DNA of 63,066 nucleotides, filler included, from Reticulomyxa filosa (lineage: Eukaryota > Protista > Foraminifera), in assembly GCA_000512085.1 (NCBI GenBank). It is 11 parts of 11 records of this genome, joined end to end, with 100 filler letters (N's around TTAATTAATTAA, not from the genome) between each part and the next. Parts side by side here need not be neighbours in the genome. Positions count along the whole stretch, not along the records: positions 43,678 to 45,351 come from ASPP01006584.1; positions 45,452 to 49,707 come from ASPP01018859.1; positions 49,808 to 51,724 come from ASPP01038389.1; positions 51,825 to 59,992 come from ASPP01026075.1; 7 more parts are not named here. One strand, 5' to 3'. Of the stretch, positions 43,678 through 56,516 are shown piece after piece. Position 1 is the stretch's first letter. Each line of letters opens with the position of its first letter. Both the position numbers and the translations under genes were made by a program. Below the pieces are notes generated by a model that saw only the letters and a program-made list of their open reading frames with translations, had not been told where the DNA came from and did not search any database.

Positions 43678-45351
43678 TCTTATTTTTATTGTTGTTATTG
43701 TTATTATTGTTGTTATTGTTGTTATTGTGGTGTTCGTTTTCCTTCTCCTTCTCTTCTTCTTCTTCTTCTTCTTCTTCTTCTTCTTCTTCTTCCTCCTCTT
43801 CTTTCTTTTTTTCCCCCTTTGCACATGGCAAACACCACGCTGTCCGCCCCTTTGCAAAACAGCAACAGGCCCCCTTTTTCATCCTGTGCCACCACCGTCA
43901 TACGCTTGCGCTTCGCCGTAAAGTCCAACGTCGCCAAGACTTTAAACTGCCGAACAAACGAATAATCCTTTGGTCCCGCGTTGCCTTTCCTTCGAACTGA
44001 ACAAACGCAGGTTGTTATTCCATTTATTAATTTATAACATATACATATATACATACATATATGTATGTATGTGTATATATGTATAAATCAATGAACCAAA
44101 GTGTCATAAAATGTAAAAAAAAAAAAAAAAATACTCCATGCTTTGCCATCGGATGAAATCTCACTCGTAAGATTTGATCAGCAGAACGATCTTCCAATAC
44201 AATTCCATGATCAGCTAAAGCTTCAGCAAATGCAACTTCATCCGGACTCGGACTCATAAAGTCAATGTACTCTTGCAAAAATGAAGTGTGGTTGGCTGTT
44301 TCATATTTGCGTTCATTGTCATTAGCATTGGCATTGGTATTGGTATTGGTATTGACATTGACATTGACATTGATGTTGGAGTGATGTACCTCGTCATTAT
44401 TGTGATCGGCGATCAAAGGCGAATTCAATGAGTTCAAGGACTTGCCACGCTTGTTACGGGTGTTATCTTCAGAAGCGGGAAACATTACTCCGCGCTTTGT
44501 TTTTTTCACTGTCGTGTTGTTTCTGTCCTCTTCAGTCCCATTGTTGTTGTTGTTGTTATCACTGTCACTACTACTGCTGCTACTGCCACTGCTGTCATCA
44601 TCACATCATCATCATGGCCGCCCCCCTCTCGATTGCCATTCTTGTTCCCCTTTGCGCGTACTTTCACACGGGTGCTGGTGCCCTCGTCTTCCCCTCTACT
44701 CTTGCCGCGGTTGTAATTGTGGTCGTAGTCGTAGTTGTTTTCGTCCTCGTCGTCGTCGTCGTTGGTGCGGTTGGCCTCGTCCTCGGTCATGTCCATGTAG
44801 TTGACGACATTGTGCTTGGCCACTGGAGATATGTTGCTGCAAAGCAGTAAACACCAAATGAAACAAATGTCGTTATTGTGATCCCTTTCAACTGACGACA
44901 ACGAGGAAGACGAAAAATGATGATGATGATGATGATGATGACGATGAGGATGGGAAGTTGCTCTTTTCTCGTTCTTTTTCCATCACATTCTTTATCACGT
45001 CCGATAGACGAGCGTATCCTTTGTCCACTTGCATCGATGCAATCAAAGCAGACGAAGAAGAAGAAGAAGATGATGATGATGGTAATGATGAAATGGAGGC
45101 CGTACTGCGAATGTCATTTTGGACTTTGCGACCGAAAATGGAGCATTTGCATGCTCCATTTGATTCTGTGTAAGCGTGCCGGTTTTATCGGTGAAGATGT
45201 AGTCAATGTGACCCAGTTCCTCATTCAGATTCGAGTTCTTCACTTTGGCAAAGCGCTTTTGGATTGACGGAGAGGAAGAGGAAGAGGAAGCAGGTGTATT
45301 TGAATTTGCATTTGAATTTGCATTTGCATTTGCATTTGCATTTGCATTTGC
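43678..45351 (-). CDS. P4-type ATPase (phospholipid flippase), internal fragment
   Basis: [24 protein letters not shown] (phosphorylation site), [28 protein letters not shown]; long N/D/E/S low-complexity inserts. Confidence 0.92.
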
Positions 45352-45451
45352 NNNNNNNNNNNNNNNNNNNNNNNNNNNNNNNNNNNNNNNNNNNNTTAAT
45401 TAATTAANNNNNNNNNNNNNNNNNNNNNNNNNNNNNNNNNNNNNNNNNNNN

Positions 45452-48400
45452 ATCGACTGCGTCCAAGATCACATTTTATCCAGTGCAAAAAAAAAAATAT
45501 ATCCAGTGCAGAAAGTGTTTCAAGTTGAATCACTTTGCGAAAGACTGCAAGAATTCAAAAATATGAAAGTATTGTGGAAAGAGAAATTACACATCTGAAA
45601 AATGTCATCACATGAAAAATCCAAGATTTCAGAAATGTATTATGCAAAGGACAACATGCAAATAATTTAATATTGTCCTGTGATCCGAAAAGAAATTTGT
45701 CGAGAAAAAAGAACAAATGAAAACAAATTTAAGCAAAAATCCAAAAGACTTCAAAGAAAATTCCAAATTACAAGAAAGTTATTGCAAGACCAAAGAACAA
45801 AATCAAGTAAATGAACAAGTGAATAACAATAGAGATATTCTTACACACAGAACAAAGACCAATTGGAAGATTGATTACAAGCAACAGTGTAGCAATTATC
45901 ATCAATAGTCCAATCCAGGATAACACAAATGTGGAAGATAATCAATGAACAACTGCTTTTATTCAAAAGCCCAACTGCTGGAGCAGAATATCCACGCAGT
46001 TCAACCACATATTGTCTCCTCCAGGAATGCTTCCAATCGGAGACATCAAGAAGAACATCAAGACATCAATTCCAGAATTTATATAACGAATTCTGGAGTG
46101 AAACAGGAAGAACGGGTATCTTATGTCTTCGAGATCTCCATTCAACTCAAATGATATTCGAAATCAAACAAGACAAATTCCAAACATGCCATGAACTGTG
46201 AAAGAAAGTCGATAATGTTCTGCAGTTTTTATAGAAATATTCAAAAAATCGCTGCAAGATATCATCAAGAAGGAGACGGAATTGATCTTATTCCTGCAAT
46301 TGTATGCCTTAATTTGAAAATGAAATCAAAGAAGCAAGAAAGATAACAGATTTGACTGTAATTTGTGGAGATTGGAATGCGCATATTCTGCATGGTTTGA
46401 TAAAGATATTGATATTGGTGAATCAGTAATAGACTTTATCATTAACAGTCTCCAGACATTGAATTCAAGTCCATTTGATCATACTTATGAAAAAGATGGA
46501 AAGAAGTCATCAATTGACATAACATTATGCTCTGAATCAATTTCAAGATGGTGCAGTAATTGGAGAACAGATAATGACGAATTGGATGTGCATTCGAATC
46601 ATTTGCCAATCACGTTCAATATCAAAGCATCTTGGTTATCACCATGGAATTTAAGAAGTGACAACGGAATTCGTATCGACAAATTCTTGAATCGAAATTG
46701 GATGGATGGAAAAAGAACTTGCAATTATGGAATCAAGATGATAAACAGTTATTGGATTGCGCTGTTGATTCTTGGACCAATTGCATAGTGAAATCAGGAT
46801 TATTTGGAAACAGGAAAAACAAGAATATTTAATAAGAGTATTCAATCGTTGAAAGAAGAAAATATTGCAAAGAAAGATAAAGCTGAAATATTGGTATCGT
46901 GGTTTTCTCAACACCAAGTTATTCTGAAGAAACGAACATTACCAATTAGTTGAAGATGAAATTACAGCTGTGATTGATATGGACAGAGATGAAGAAATGA
47001 GCTGTTATCCATTATGGGATGAGTATCATCAAATGGATATTACTGAAGAGAAATAATTGAAGCATATATATCATCCCACAATGCTCAAGGACCAGATAAT
47101 ATTCACAATCAAATGATCAAAAATGGTGGACAAGCATTAATTGATTCTGTATTATTTAATTGGAGTTTTAAGATTGGATATGTTCCAAGATTATGGAAAC
47201 GAGCGAATATTGTTCCAATTCCAAAACCAGATCGAGGTCATAGTATCTGCAAGAATTACAGGCCAATTGCTATCTGGAATTGGAAAGCTATTGGAAAGAA
47301 TTATTACAATGAGATTGATGTGGTATTTAAATGAAAACAAGTCATTGCACTATGCAAGATTCCAATCTTGGCACAATACATCGGAACTATTGCTGAGATT
47401 AACAGAATCCATTTATTCAACCTTTGATAATAACGGAGTATCATATGATGTATTATTGGACATATCATCAGCATATGACAGTGTATGGAGAGATGGATTA
47501 AGGCATAAGATGAGATATAAATTCAGATTAAAAGAAAGAATGTATTGATGGTTAGCTTCCTCAAAGATTGAATTGGACAAGTAGTATTGAACGGAATCAA
47601 TTTCAGTGAAAGAAATTTTGAAGTTGGAGTACCTCAGGGATCATCATTGTCTCTATACTATTCCTATTATATATCAATGATTTGGCAAAAACAGTTGAAC
47701 ATCCATTTATACCAGTGATAAAAAAGAAATGGAATGGCAATTAAACCAATTACAAAAGAGTTTGGACAATGTGAGTTTGTGGGCATCAAGATGGAAACTA
47801 TTACTGGCACCAGACAAGATACAATCTATCACATTCAAACAAAAAGAAATACCCAAAGATGAATCTCCATTTAAGCAATAGTTCAATCTTAGAAGTGGAT
47901 CATGTGAAATATTTGGGATTGATTGTGGGTCAACAAATGACTTTCAACTATGTTTACGGCAAAGCATCAAAGAAATTTGTATATTTAACTTTCTTATGTT
48001 CTTATAAAGGAATCCGACCAAGTTTATCTGTTTATAATCTGTTATATACAACATCACTGGAATGAATGCAATATCATAGACTCCACCATTGGAATTACGA
48101 AGACAACAAGAAAAAGATTCGATGGAACAGTAAATTCCAGATCACAATCTGGCAATTGCGTATCAATTATGGCGAAATAATCACGACATCGAAAGTGATG
48201 TAAAAATAGGAAAACTATCAAGTTGGTAGGTATTTCAGATGTGCAGCGATCCATTGCGACTGAAATAAATCTTGGATGACCAATCCTGCTCCTCCAAAAG
48301 TCCTGGATCTGGTCTAAAACTTCCGTACCCAAATATTGCAATTGTGCTTTCATCCAATGAATTTAAGATTTCTTCAGATGTTGGCTCTTTCCATTTCTCA

Positions 48401-48545
48401 AAAGAATGAGAAAGCTTCGTAATTTGCATTGGCAGCCTGTTTGAGTAAAAATATTGATCTGGACAAGCATTGGAAAAAGTTCAATTCCAGTATAAAAATG
48501 AAAGAGCAGTAATTCTTTCTGATTGTAAATTTGCTGTGAATGCAA
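45452..48545 (+). mobile_element. Decayed non-LTR retrotransposon (LINE): gag zinc knuckle, APE endonuclease, reverse transcriptase, RNase H remnants
   Basis: CRKCFKLNHFAKDC at ~45506; QPHIVLLQE, ICGDWNA, SSIDITL, SNHLPI (APE); AQGPDNIHNQMIK, WKRANIVPIPKP..KNYRPI, LLDISSAYDSVW, GVPQGSSLS, YIND, VKYLGL (RT). Many stops and frameshifts. Confidence 0.9.
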
Positions 48546-48552
48546 CAAGTGC

Positions 48553-49707
48553 AACTTATAATTTTCCTATTGCAGAATGCCGCATTTTCAATTCAACACA
48601 TCCAACCTGAGAAGTTTGGTGATTGGAGACATACTTGTATTTTTCTTTTGTTGCAAAAGCTTAAAAAAGAAAATAACATGTGGAAATTTTCGACAAGAAT
48701 TCGACACAATTTCCTATGTTCCTAATCCTCAACCTTGGTGATTACACTAATTCAAGCCAAAGAGCTTAAGTCAGCAACATCAGTACTTAAGCTTCTTGGC
48801 TTGAAGAATAAACATCAGCTGACCAGAAGTGTTATTGCTCAAACATTCTCTAGCATCTAAGAACAGTCTATGTTCATTTTGCTGCGAATGCTCAACACTT
48901 GCAACAGCAGTAATCAACATTCGTCGGATGGAGATGAAAAAGCCAAAGGACAATCCATTCGACAACCGAAATACCAAATTTATGTCGATGAAATCAAGAA
49001 AAGAAAAGAGCAGAAAGTATAACCCAACATTAATAAGGTTGTGTTATTGAAGAATGTTCCAGTTCTGGAAAATGAAAAAGAGATCAAAGAGACATCCCAA
49101 ATGAAAAAGAAAGGGCACAAGAAAAATAAAAAGAATGAGTGAAATTGAAGAGATGAAAGCAGCATTCAAAGAGATGACAACGCTCGTGCAATCATTCAAA
49201 GCGTGATGCAAATGGGAGTTGGAAACAGATCAAGTGAAGTCAATATATCAAATACTGGCATGGATACGAATCTATGAACAGTGATATGTTGATCTTCCAG
49301 AACAATATCAACGGATTTTATTCCAAGGCCCAGATACTAGAACAAAACCTGCATCACAAGCAACCACACATTTGCTTATTGCAGGAGTTTCTATGCAGTG
49401 TAAGCAATTCAATATGATCGCATTTAAGCAAGAATTACAATCAGCTCAGAAAATTACTAGCCAAGAAGCTTAAGTACTGATGTTGCTGACTTAAGCTCTT
49501 TGGCTTGAATTAGTGTAATCACCAAGGTTGAGGATAATGAGCATAGGAAATTGTGTCGAATTCTTGTCGAAAATTTCCACATGTTATTTTCTTTTTTAAG
49601 CTTTTGCAACAAAAGAAAAATACAAGTATGTCTCCAATCACCAAACTTCTCAGGTTGGATGTGTTGAATTGAAAATGCGGCATTCTGCAATAGGAAAATT
49701 ATAAGTT
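48553..49707. repeat. 249-bp near-perfect inverted repeat (48553-48801 and 49459-49707) enclosing a second LINE fragment (end of ORF1 and start of APE)
   Basis: Both strands give the same peptide QNAAFSIQHIQPEKFGDWRH...; about 3 mismatches seen by eye. The spacer contains QNNINGFYSKAQILEQNLHHKQPHICLLQEF, a paralog of 45945-46025. Confidence 0.9.
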
Positions 49708-49807
49708 NNNNNNNNNNNNNNNNNNNNNNNNNNNNNNNNNNNNNNNNNNNNTTAATTAATTAANNNNNNNNNNNNNNNNNNNNNNNNNNNNNNNNNNNNN
49801 NNNNNNN

Positions 49808-51400
49808 TTAAGTGATATATAATGCTAAACTTTGAAATTTGGAAAAATAGATAACACGACACGAAATGATAGAACGTATACCAGTGGGCAAGTAAGATCA
49901 AATGAGATACCTGCAGGTTTGTTATTGTTTGTCAATCACCATTTAGATAGAAGATGGATGAAGACAAATAGACAAAAAAAAATTCAATAATTATGTTCTT
50001 TTTTTTTAAAAAAAAAAAAGACCTGGACGACGGCATATCTGTGCGGAAATGTTTAATCAAAGTGGCAATCGACGAAGACGATGTCCCAAAATGCAGCGAG
50101 AAGACCGAGTGGAATGTCATGGACAAATAAAATAAATTGAAAATATGTAAGTGTGGACCAGATATGCAATAAACGCCGAGGTGGGACGAACAATGCATTT
50201 CAACACGTACACATAATAACTCGCTCACACTTCAACATTCGTCCAATTTGCTGCCCACGCTCAACCAATGCAATAATGCAACTCGAACAAGTCTCAAAAT
50301 GGACGATCGAAGAAGACGACAATTAGCCTCTTGAGTTGGATGATATCGTGGAATTAGTCAATGACATAGTGGCCACGATCCGTTCATTGGAACACTCATT
50401 TCGCACAGACGAGCAGACATTTATGAAGGTACATGGTGGATTGAGCAAGCGCGATGGTGCGCACAAAGGAATACGTCCATCAAAGATGATTATTTATGAA
50501 AAAATTAAAGCGTCACTGCAACGATGTTCCGAGTCCCAATATTTGAAATAACAGCATCCAGAATGTGAAGGTGAATTTTTGAAATTGCGAAATTATCATA
50601 AGGCGTCGTCATTGTGTGTGATTTTATTATCATCGTAGGAGCAAATTCACCAAAGAAGATTGATTTCTCTAATGTTCGGAGTGTGAGCGAAAGTCGACTT
50701 GTGTTTGAGCAATTCCAAGAGGTTGGTACGAATGTTCATCCGATGTTACAAATGCATTATTGAACCATGTGGATGATCACAAAAATAGCCAAGTTACTTT
50801 GTATTAATAGAAAGTCCTTTAAATTGTAATGGTTGAAACTTTTTTTTTTTTTTTGGTGGAGCGACAATAGGAAAAAGGCCGTCGTAAATCAATGGAATTC
50901 TTGGCAAATGTACGAGACTTGTTTGAGTACTTTGACCAAAATATGGACTGAACGCTGGCAATAGAGGACACTACCAGAATGATGCCTTTGTTGAGTGTGT
51001 CATTTGGAATCGATCAATGCAGAAAATGGTTTGGTTTGCCATGCGACTTTGTTAAATTGTAATCTCGATTGCAGACATTGGTACAAAAAAAACAAAGACA
51101 ATGCTTGATCAATTGAAATTGCACGTGCAATTGCGTGTGGCCGATGTATTTTACTGGTTCACACTTGTATCCCATCGACAATGTCGGAAGAAGAATTTTT
51201 GCAAATGCATGGACGCTCATTCGATAAGGAATTAGATTGGAGATTCATGTATCTCTTTCCTTGTTCTCAATCCGACTTCCTTATTTGACAAGAGAAGTTC
51301 CAAGAGTTTTTGCAAGCTTCGAATGAAGATATACGTCAAGCGGATGTATTCTTCTCGCCACCATGTTCGTCCGATCGATTTTTAATTGAATTGCATATTC
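49808..51400 (+). pseudogene. Degenerate coding-like sequence of unidentified family
   Basis: Raised GC and short protein-like ORFs (e.g. 50336-50551) broken by many stops; no motif recognised. Confidence 0.35.
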
Positions 51401-51919
51401 GACAGGTTACTTTCCTTCTTTTTCTTGAATTTCATTTCATTTTATTATTATTATTATTATATTTGTGTTACTTTTCTCTATAATTCATATCTGGCAAAAA
51501 AAAAAGACAGAAAGAAATACCTTGGAAATGTCAATCGATTGTTCGTCATTATTGGTCGATCGAATGTTAATAACCTTTTTTGAGCGATTTTATTTTATTT
51601 GATGGCAATAACACACACAAAAATGTACAATATGTTTGTCATATAAACATGTTATGATATCAGACAATACAAATTGATGGGTAATGATCAAGAGACCTGG
51701 TCGATGGTCAGATGTACGTACACANNNNNNNNNNNNNNNNNNNNNNNNNNNNNNNNNNNNNNNNNNNNTTAATTAATTAANNNNNNNNNNNNNNNNNNNN
51801 NNNNNNNNNNNNNNNNNNNNNNNNTCAAAATCTTTGTGTACTCTTGTCTGTGCCAATCATGTCATCCATTTAATGAACGCAAAAACAAAACAATGCAAAG
51901 AAAAAAAGTTGATAGATAC

Positions 51920-52182
51920 ATTTGGGCTGGGTATGCAGAAGTCTTCTTCGAACGCATTTCGTCCATCTTCGCCAACAATTTCTTTTGTGAAATTGGAGCC
52001 ACTTCCACATCCTTGAATAACTTCGCCCAATCTTCTGGTGTCACATATGCTGTGTCGCTAGTCTCAGTTACACCTAAACTACATAAGTAAGAAGCAACTT
52101 TCAAAGCGTCATCAGATTTTATTTTTAATTCGTCTCTCAAATATTTATGAATTGATTCTTGAACTTCGTTACTTTCAGCCAT
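51920..52182 (-). CDS. First exon of a protein with an N-terminal SAM-like helical domain, truncated at the linker
   Basis: MAESNEVQESIHKYLRDELKIKSDDALKVASYLCSLGVTETSDTAYVTPEDWAKLFKDVEVAPISQKKLL, followed by a GT donor near 51918. Confidence 0.55.
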
Positions 52183-52589
52183 GATTAGTTAGGCAAGAAT
52201 TAGTTCCGACAAAAAAAGGATAAGCGCCTCTCGAAACTTGCCGTTGTTTCCTGCACGTTTAAAGTGCAAGATTTGTTTGTATTTTTGTTGGTTACTATTT
52301 TGAAATTTCCATTTTTCAAATTCAAACAATAATTTAAAAATTGTATTGATATCTCCTTCACAAAAATTACGTGTAGCATAAATGAGATTAAAATCAATGG
52401 AATGATTTCACATTATACTTATATGATAGTCTGTTGGATAATCACATCTTGTCCAAGTCAATATATCATTTTGTATATTCATCTTCACTATCTACTTTTG
52501 CATTCAATGCATATTCTTCTTTATGTGTTTTCTCATTTTTATAACTAGCTATGAAAGACTTTGTAAACAAAATTTCATTTGCATTAAAG

Positions 52590-52775
52590 TTTATTAAAAA
52601 ATAGCCTTCGTCTCGCTGACATTTTCATTACACTTCCATGTTTAAACATCTTCACCTATCTTGGGAAATGTTTGTTGAAATTGTAAAGAGTATGACGATG
52701 AAGCTCAAGACAGAATCTTTTTTTTGAAGATTCAAGAATTTAATTTAGAAAGATTACAAATAAAAAAAATTGTTT
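52590..52775 (+). repeat. Dispersed ~185-bp repeat, second copy at ~57185-57365
   Basis: Shared CATTTTCA.., ACCTATCTTG.GAAA.GTTT.TTGAAAT.GT..GAG.ATGA, AGCT..A.ACA..TCTTTTTTT..TGAAG.TTCA, TACAAAT.AAAAA.TGTTTA. Confidence 0.75.
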
Positions 52776-52910
52776 AGCTATGAGGTTACTCGCTTTAAAA
52801 AATTGTAGAAAAATCCAATTCAAAAATGTAACTAAAAAGGAAGTACAATGTTCAAATAGTTGTTCATCTTATATCACCATCTAAGAAGATCTCAAAAGAA
52901 TAAAAAAGAA

Positions 52911-53400
52911 ATGTCAACGCAACAATCAGTGGTAAATTTCTTTCTAATCTTTCCGAAGCCGATTTCTTTAGATTTTTCTTGTATGTGGTATGTATTTAGT
53001 CAGAAGAAGAAGAAATCCAAACAATCATCCAACATTTGATCCAAATATTACACATTCATTAGGATGGGTCCAGGATTTCGATAGAATTATTGTCAAACAT
53101 GTTAAATTTATTTATTTTTGTTTTATCAATTACAAATATTTATTGTTGTTCACAATTTAATACATGCAGCTAACTTTTTCATGTTTGAAATATTTCGTGT
53201 ATCATCTAAATTATTAAATCATTTACTGTACATACAGATAATGTGAACAATATTGCTTATTCAACGTTTGACTATGTCAATTCATTTATTTGGGCCACAC
53301 GATAAAACAGTTCGTGCATAGAATATAAAGACCAACAAACAAATTTAATCATTCCATGGACATTCAATCTATGATTATACAATTTTACAGTCAATATACT
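52911..53400 (+). pseudogene. WD40-family pseudogene (copy 3)
   Basis: Leader EEEEIQTIIQHLIQILHIH* followed by the GWVQDFDRIIVKH frame; SSKLLNHL..HTDNV and HDKTVRA*NIKTNKQI*SFHGHS with stops and frameshifts; colinear with 55144-55630. Confidence 0.85.
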
Positions 53401-55143
53401 ATGAAAAAATCATGTTTTATATATTATGGAAAATTTAGCAATACTCATTATCTATTCATCGTAGAAACATTCTGTTTTCAGATTTGTATTCAATATGTCT
53501 TGTTCTATGGGTAATGAAAAGATATCGATATAACTTTTAAAATTTTTTGACATTCATATGCGATTTGTAAATTTGTAAGCGTTCAAACTACTACCTATTT
53601 GATAGTGTCGCTCCAGTGTCTTTGGAGACTGGTGGTCTCTGGCTGTACGTTTCAAAGAAATGATTGTTGTCGCTCAAGCAAATAAGATTTCACATTCTAT
53701 TCTTCTCTATCATCTTCGTCTTTTTGTTTTTGTTGGGATACGTCACGTTACAACATTACTACGAGCAAATGTTGGTGTAAAATATCGACTTGGACAACGC
53801 ATTGTTATTGCTTTAACAGTCCATCCATTTAAACTTGCACAAGTTGAAGTAGTATGTGATGGAGGTTCTACTCGCCAATATCGACTATTTTGTGATTCTT
53901 TTGCTGCGCGCTTGCAACAAGTACATCATTGCCGTTTTCCAAATTTTTTCCAGTTTTTCTCTTCACAATCTTCTTTTCGTGCATTTGATGTTAAACTCTT
54001 CCAATTTGCTCAGACGGTCCCCAAGTTTCAATTCCTTACTTCCTTTTGATGACCTTGTTGTCCAATCGTCGTTGATAGTTGATAATTTGACGCTAATAAT
54101 ATCTCGCCCTTGCCTTGATAGTGATCGCATTGAGTTGGACTTGCAGCTCGAAATGGGGGTCCGCCAGCTCGTTCAATGTGGATTTGTACATGCGGAAGTT
54201 GGATGACTTGGTGCGTCGCAATTTGAAGACTTTGGACTCAATCAAAGACAACCTTGGCTTGCAGACGCATTTCAACTATTGCCGTTTCAAAAGCACAAGC
54301 ACTGCAAACGATATACAAACGCGTCAAAGTGTTTTGTCCCTTCAATGTCAAGACCACCATCCAACAGGACATGGCCAAGGTCCAGGCCATTCGCGATGCA
54401 AATCAAAAGAGCAATGCTGATAAAAAGAAGCAAGCCAATACAAAATCGAACAAATAGACAATAAAAAATGAGACTTAATTTGTTAGTAATAACAAGGATT
54501 ATTTTTACAAATGCTAAAAATCAAATTTTTCCACCTGTTGGTCAACAAAAAAAATTAGTGCGATTTGATTTGATCGAATATCCAAAAAATGAAGTGTATT
54601 ATTCTAATGTTATGCTTATGCACTTTTAAAGAAAACGTTTTCTCGAATTTGAGTGAAATACTTTTTGGTTTATTTTTAGATTGGTTTTTATCACTTTCAA
54701 TGCATTAAAAGGGTACAACTTGCCTCATAATACTCAAAAAATAACATAAATAGCCTTGCCTTTAATTTTTATTGAATTTACAAAGTTGATCATATGCAAA
54801 TTTTGTGAATTTTAATGATATCATTTTTGCATTAATTTCTTCTTCATTTATTCCTTTTATTTAGGGGATTTTAGTTTTTTTAATTTCTGAATGTGGTTTG
54901 TAGCGATTTGCAATATTTTTGATCTACATTTTACTTTGTCCATGCAAGAGCTTTAACAAAGAAATTTTTTTAAATTGACACGTGTTTTAGCAAAGTTTAC
55001 ACAGTATATACGTCTTACCCTTTGAAATTTTTTTTAAAAAAATTTTCAACTCAGTTTTTCGTAGGCAAAGAACTTTTGAAACTCCTTCGTCAATTTTGAT
55101 AAAAAGTTCAATAGTTTTCCATCTTACCTTGATCACCTAAAGA

Positions 55144-56516
55144 ATGACAACTCCACATCACAAAAAACAAACTCCAGTGCAACGTTTATTGGTAAGCTTC
55201 ACTTCAATCTTTTAAAAGCTAGTTGTCTTTATTTATTGTATGAATTTGTGACTAAGCTAGTCAGAAGAAGTCCAAATAGTTATTAAACATTAAATTGGAT
55301 GGATCAATGACTTTGATAAACTTGTGACCAAATATGTTATGTCTTTTGTTTGTTTGTTTTCGTTCAATGACAAACAAATGTTAAAAAATTTATCTATCAT
55401 TTTCTTTTACTATTTCACACAGACAACTGCAATTTTCATGCTCGACACGTTTCTTTCTTCATCTAAATTACTCAAAACATTTCAGGGACACACAGATTGG
55501 GTATGGAGTATTGATTATTTGACATCGGATATTGATGAATTTATTTGTTCTGGATCACACGATAAAACAGTTCGTGTATGGGATGTAAATGAAAATAAAC
55601 AAATTCGATCATTCAACGGGCATTCAGATAATGTGTATCATGCGAAATTTTCACCATATCATTATTATAATAATCATCGTAGTGTCATTTGTTCTTCATC
55701 ACGTGATAAAACAATTCGATTTTGGGATATCAAAGATAATCTACAATTACAAGTATTCAATGGACACACTGATGGTATTTGTGGCATTACATTTTCATCA
55801 TTTAATGGGGGTCGATATTTGTTCTCTGGATCATGGGACAAAACTATTCATTTATGGGATGTTGAAACATCCAAAGCATTGCATATTTTCAACGGACACA
55901 AAGCCGTTATTTGGTGTGTGGATATCTCACCATTGCAAGGCAATAATCATAATAGGAATGACAATAATGGTAAAAGTAACAGTGCTGGTGTAATTGGTGG
56001 TAATGGATATACCATTTGTTCTGGATCATTTGATAAAACCATTCGAATATGGGATATTGAAACAAATAAACAATTGATTGTTTTCGACAAACATAGTGAC
56101 TGGATTAGAAGTGTAAAATATGGATCAAATGAATTAGAAAATATTGGTGCATGTGCAATCTTATCTGGATCATCTGATAAAAGCATTCGTTTGTGGATAT
56201 TCGGTCTGGTAATCAAATTCAGGTGTTCAACGGACACATATATGGAGTCAGTGCTGTAGAATATTCGCCATTTGTAGTAGATAATATCGGAATTCGTGAT
56301 ATTTCAAATGTAATATGTTCTGCATCATTTGATAATACAATTCGATTTTGGGATATTCGATCAAATAAGAAGGAATTACATATAATCAAAGGAAATAAGG
56401 AGCATGGCGGAATATTATGTCTTAAATTTCTGCAATCAAAAAAGGACAAAAAAAGAAATAGTGACATTAATTTGTGTTATGGTTCAGTCAGTGGCTCTAT
56501 TTGTGTTTGGGGATAA
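55144..56516 (+). CDS. WD40-repeat protein (copy 4), damaged leader and a 1-nt frameshift at ~56195; possibly a pseudogene
   Basis: Repeats GHTDWVWSIDY...ICSGSHDKTVRVWD, CSSSRDKTIRFWD, GGNGYTICSGSFDKTIRIWD; ends GSICVWG*. The leader reads IKH*IGWINDFDKLVTKYV, so it has a deletion. Confidence 0.85.
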
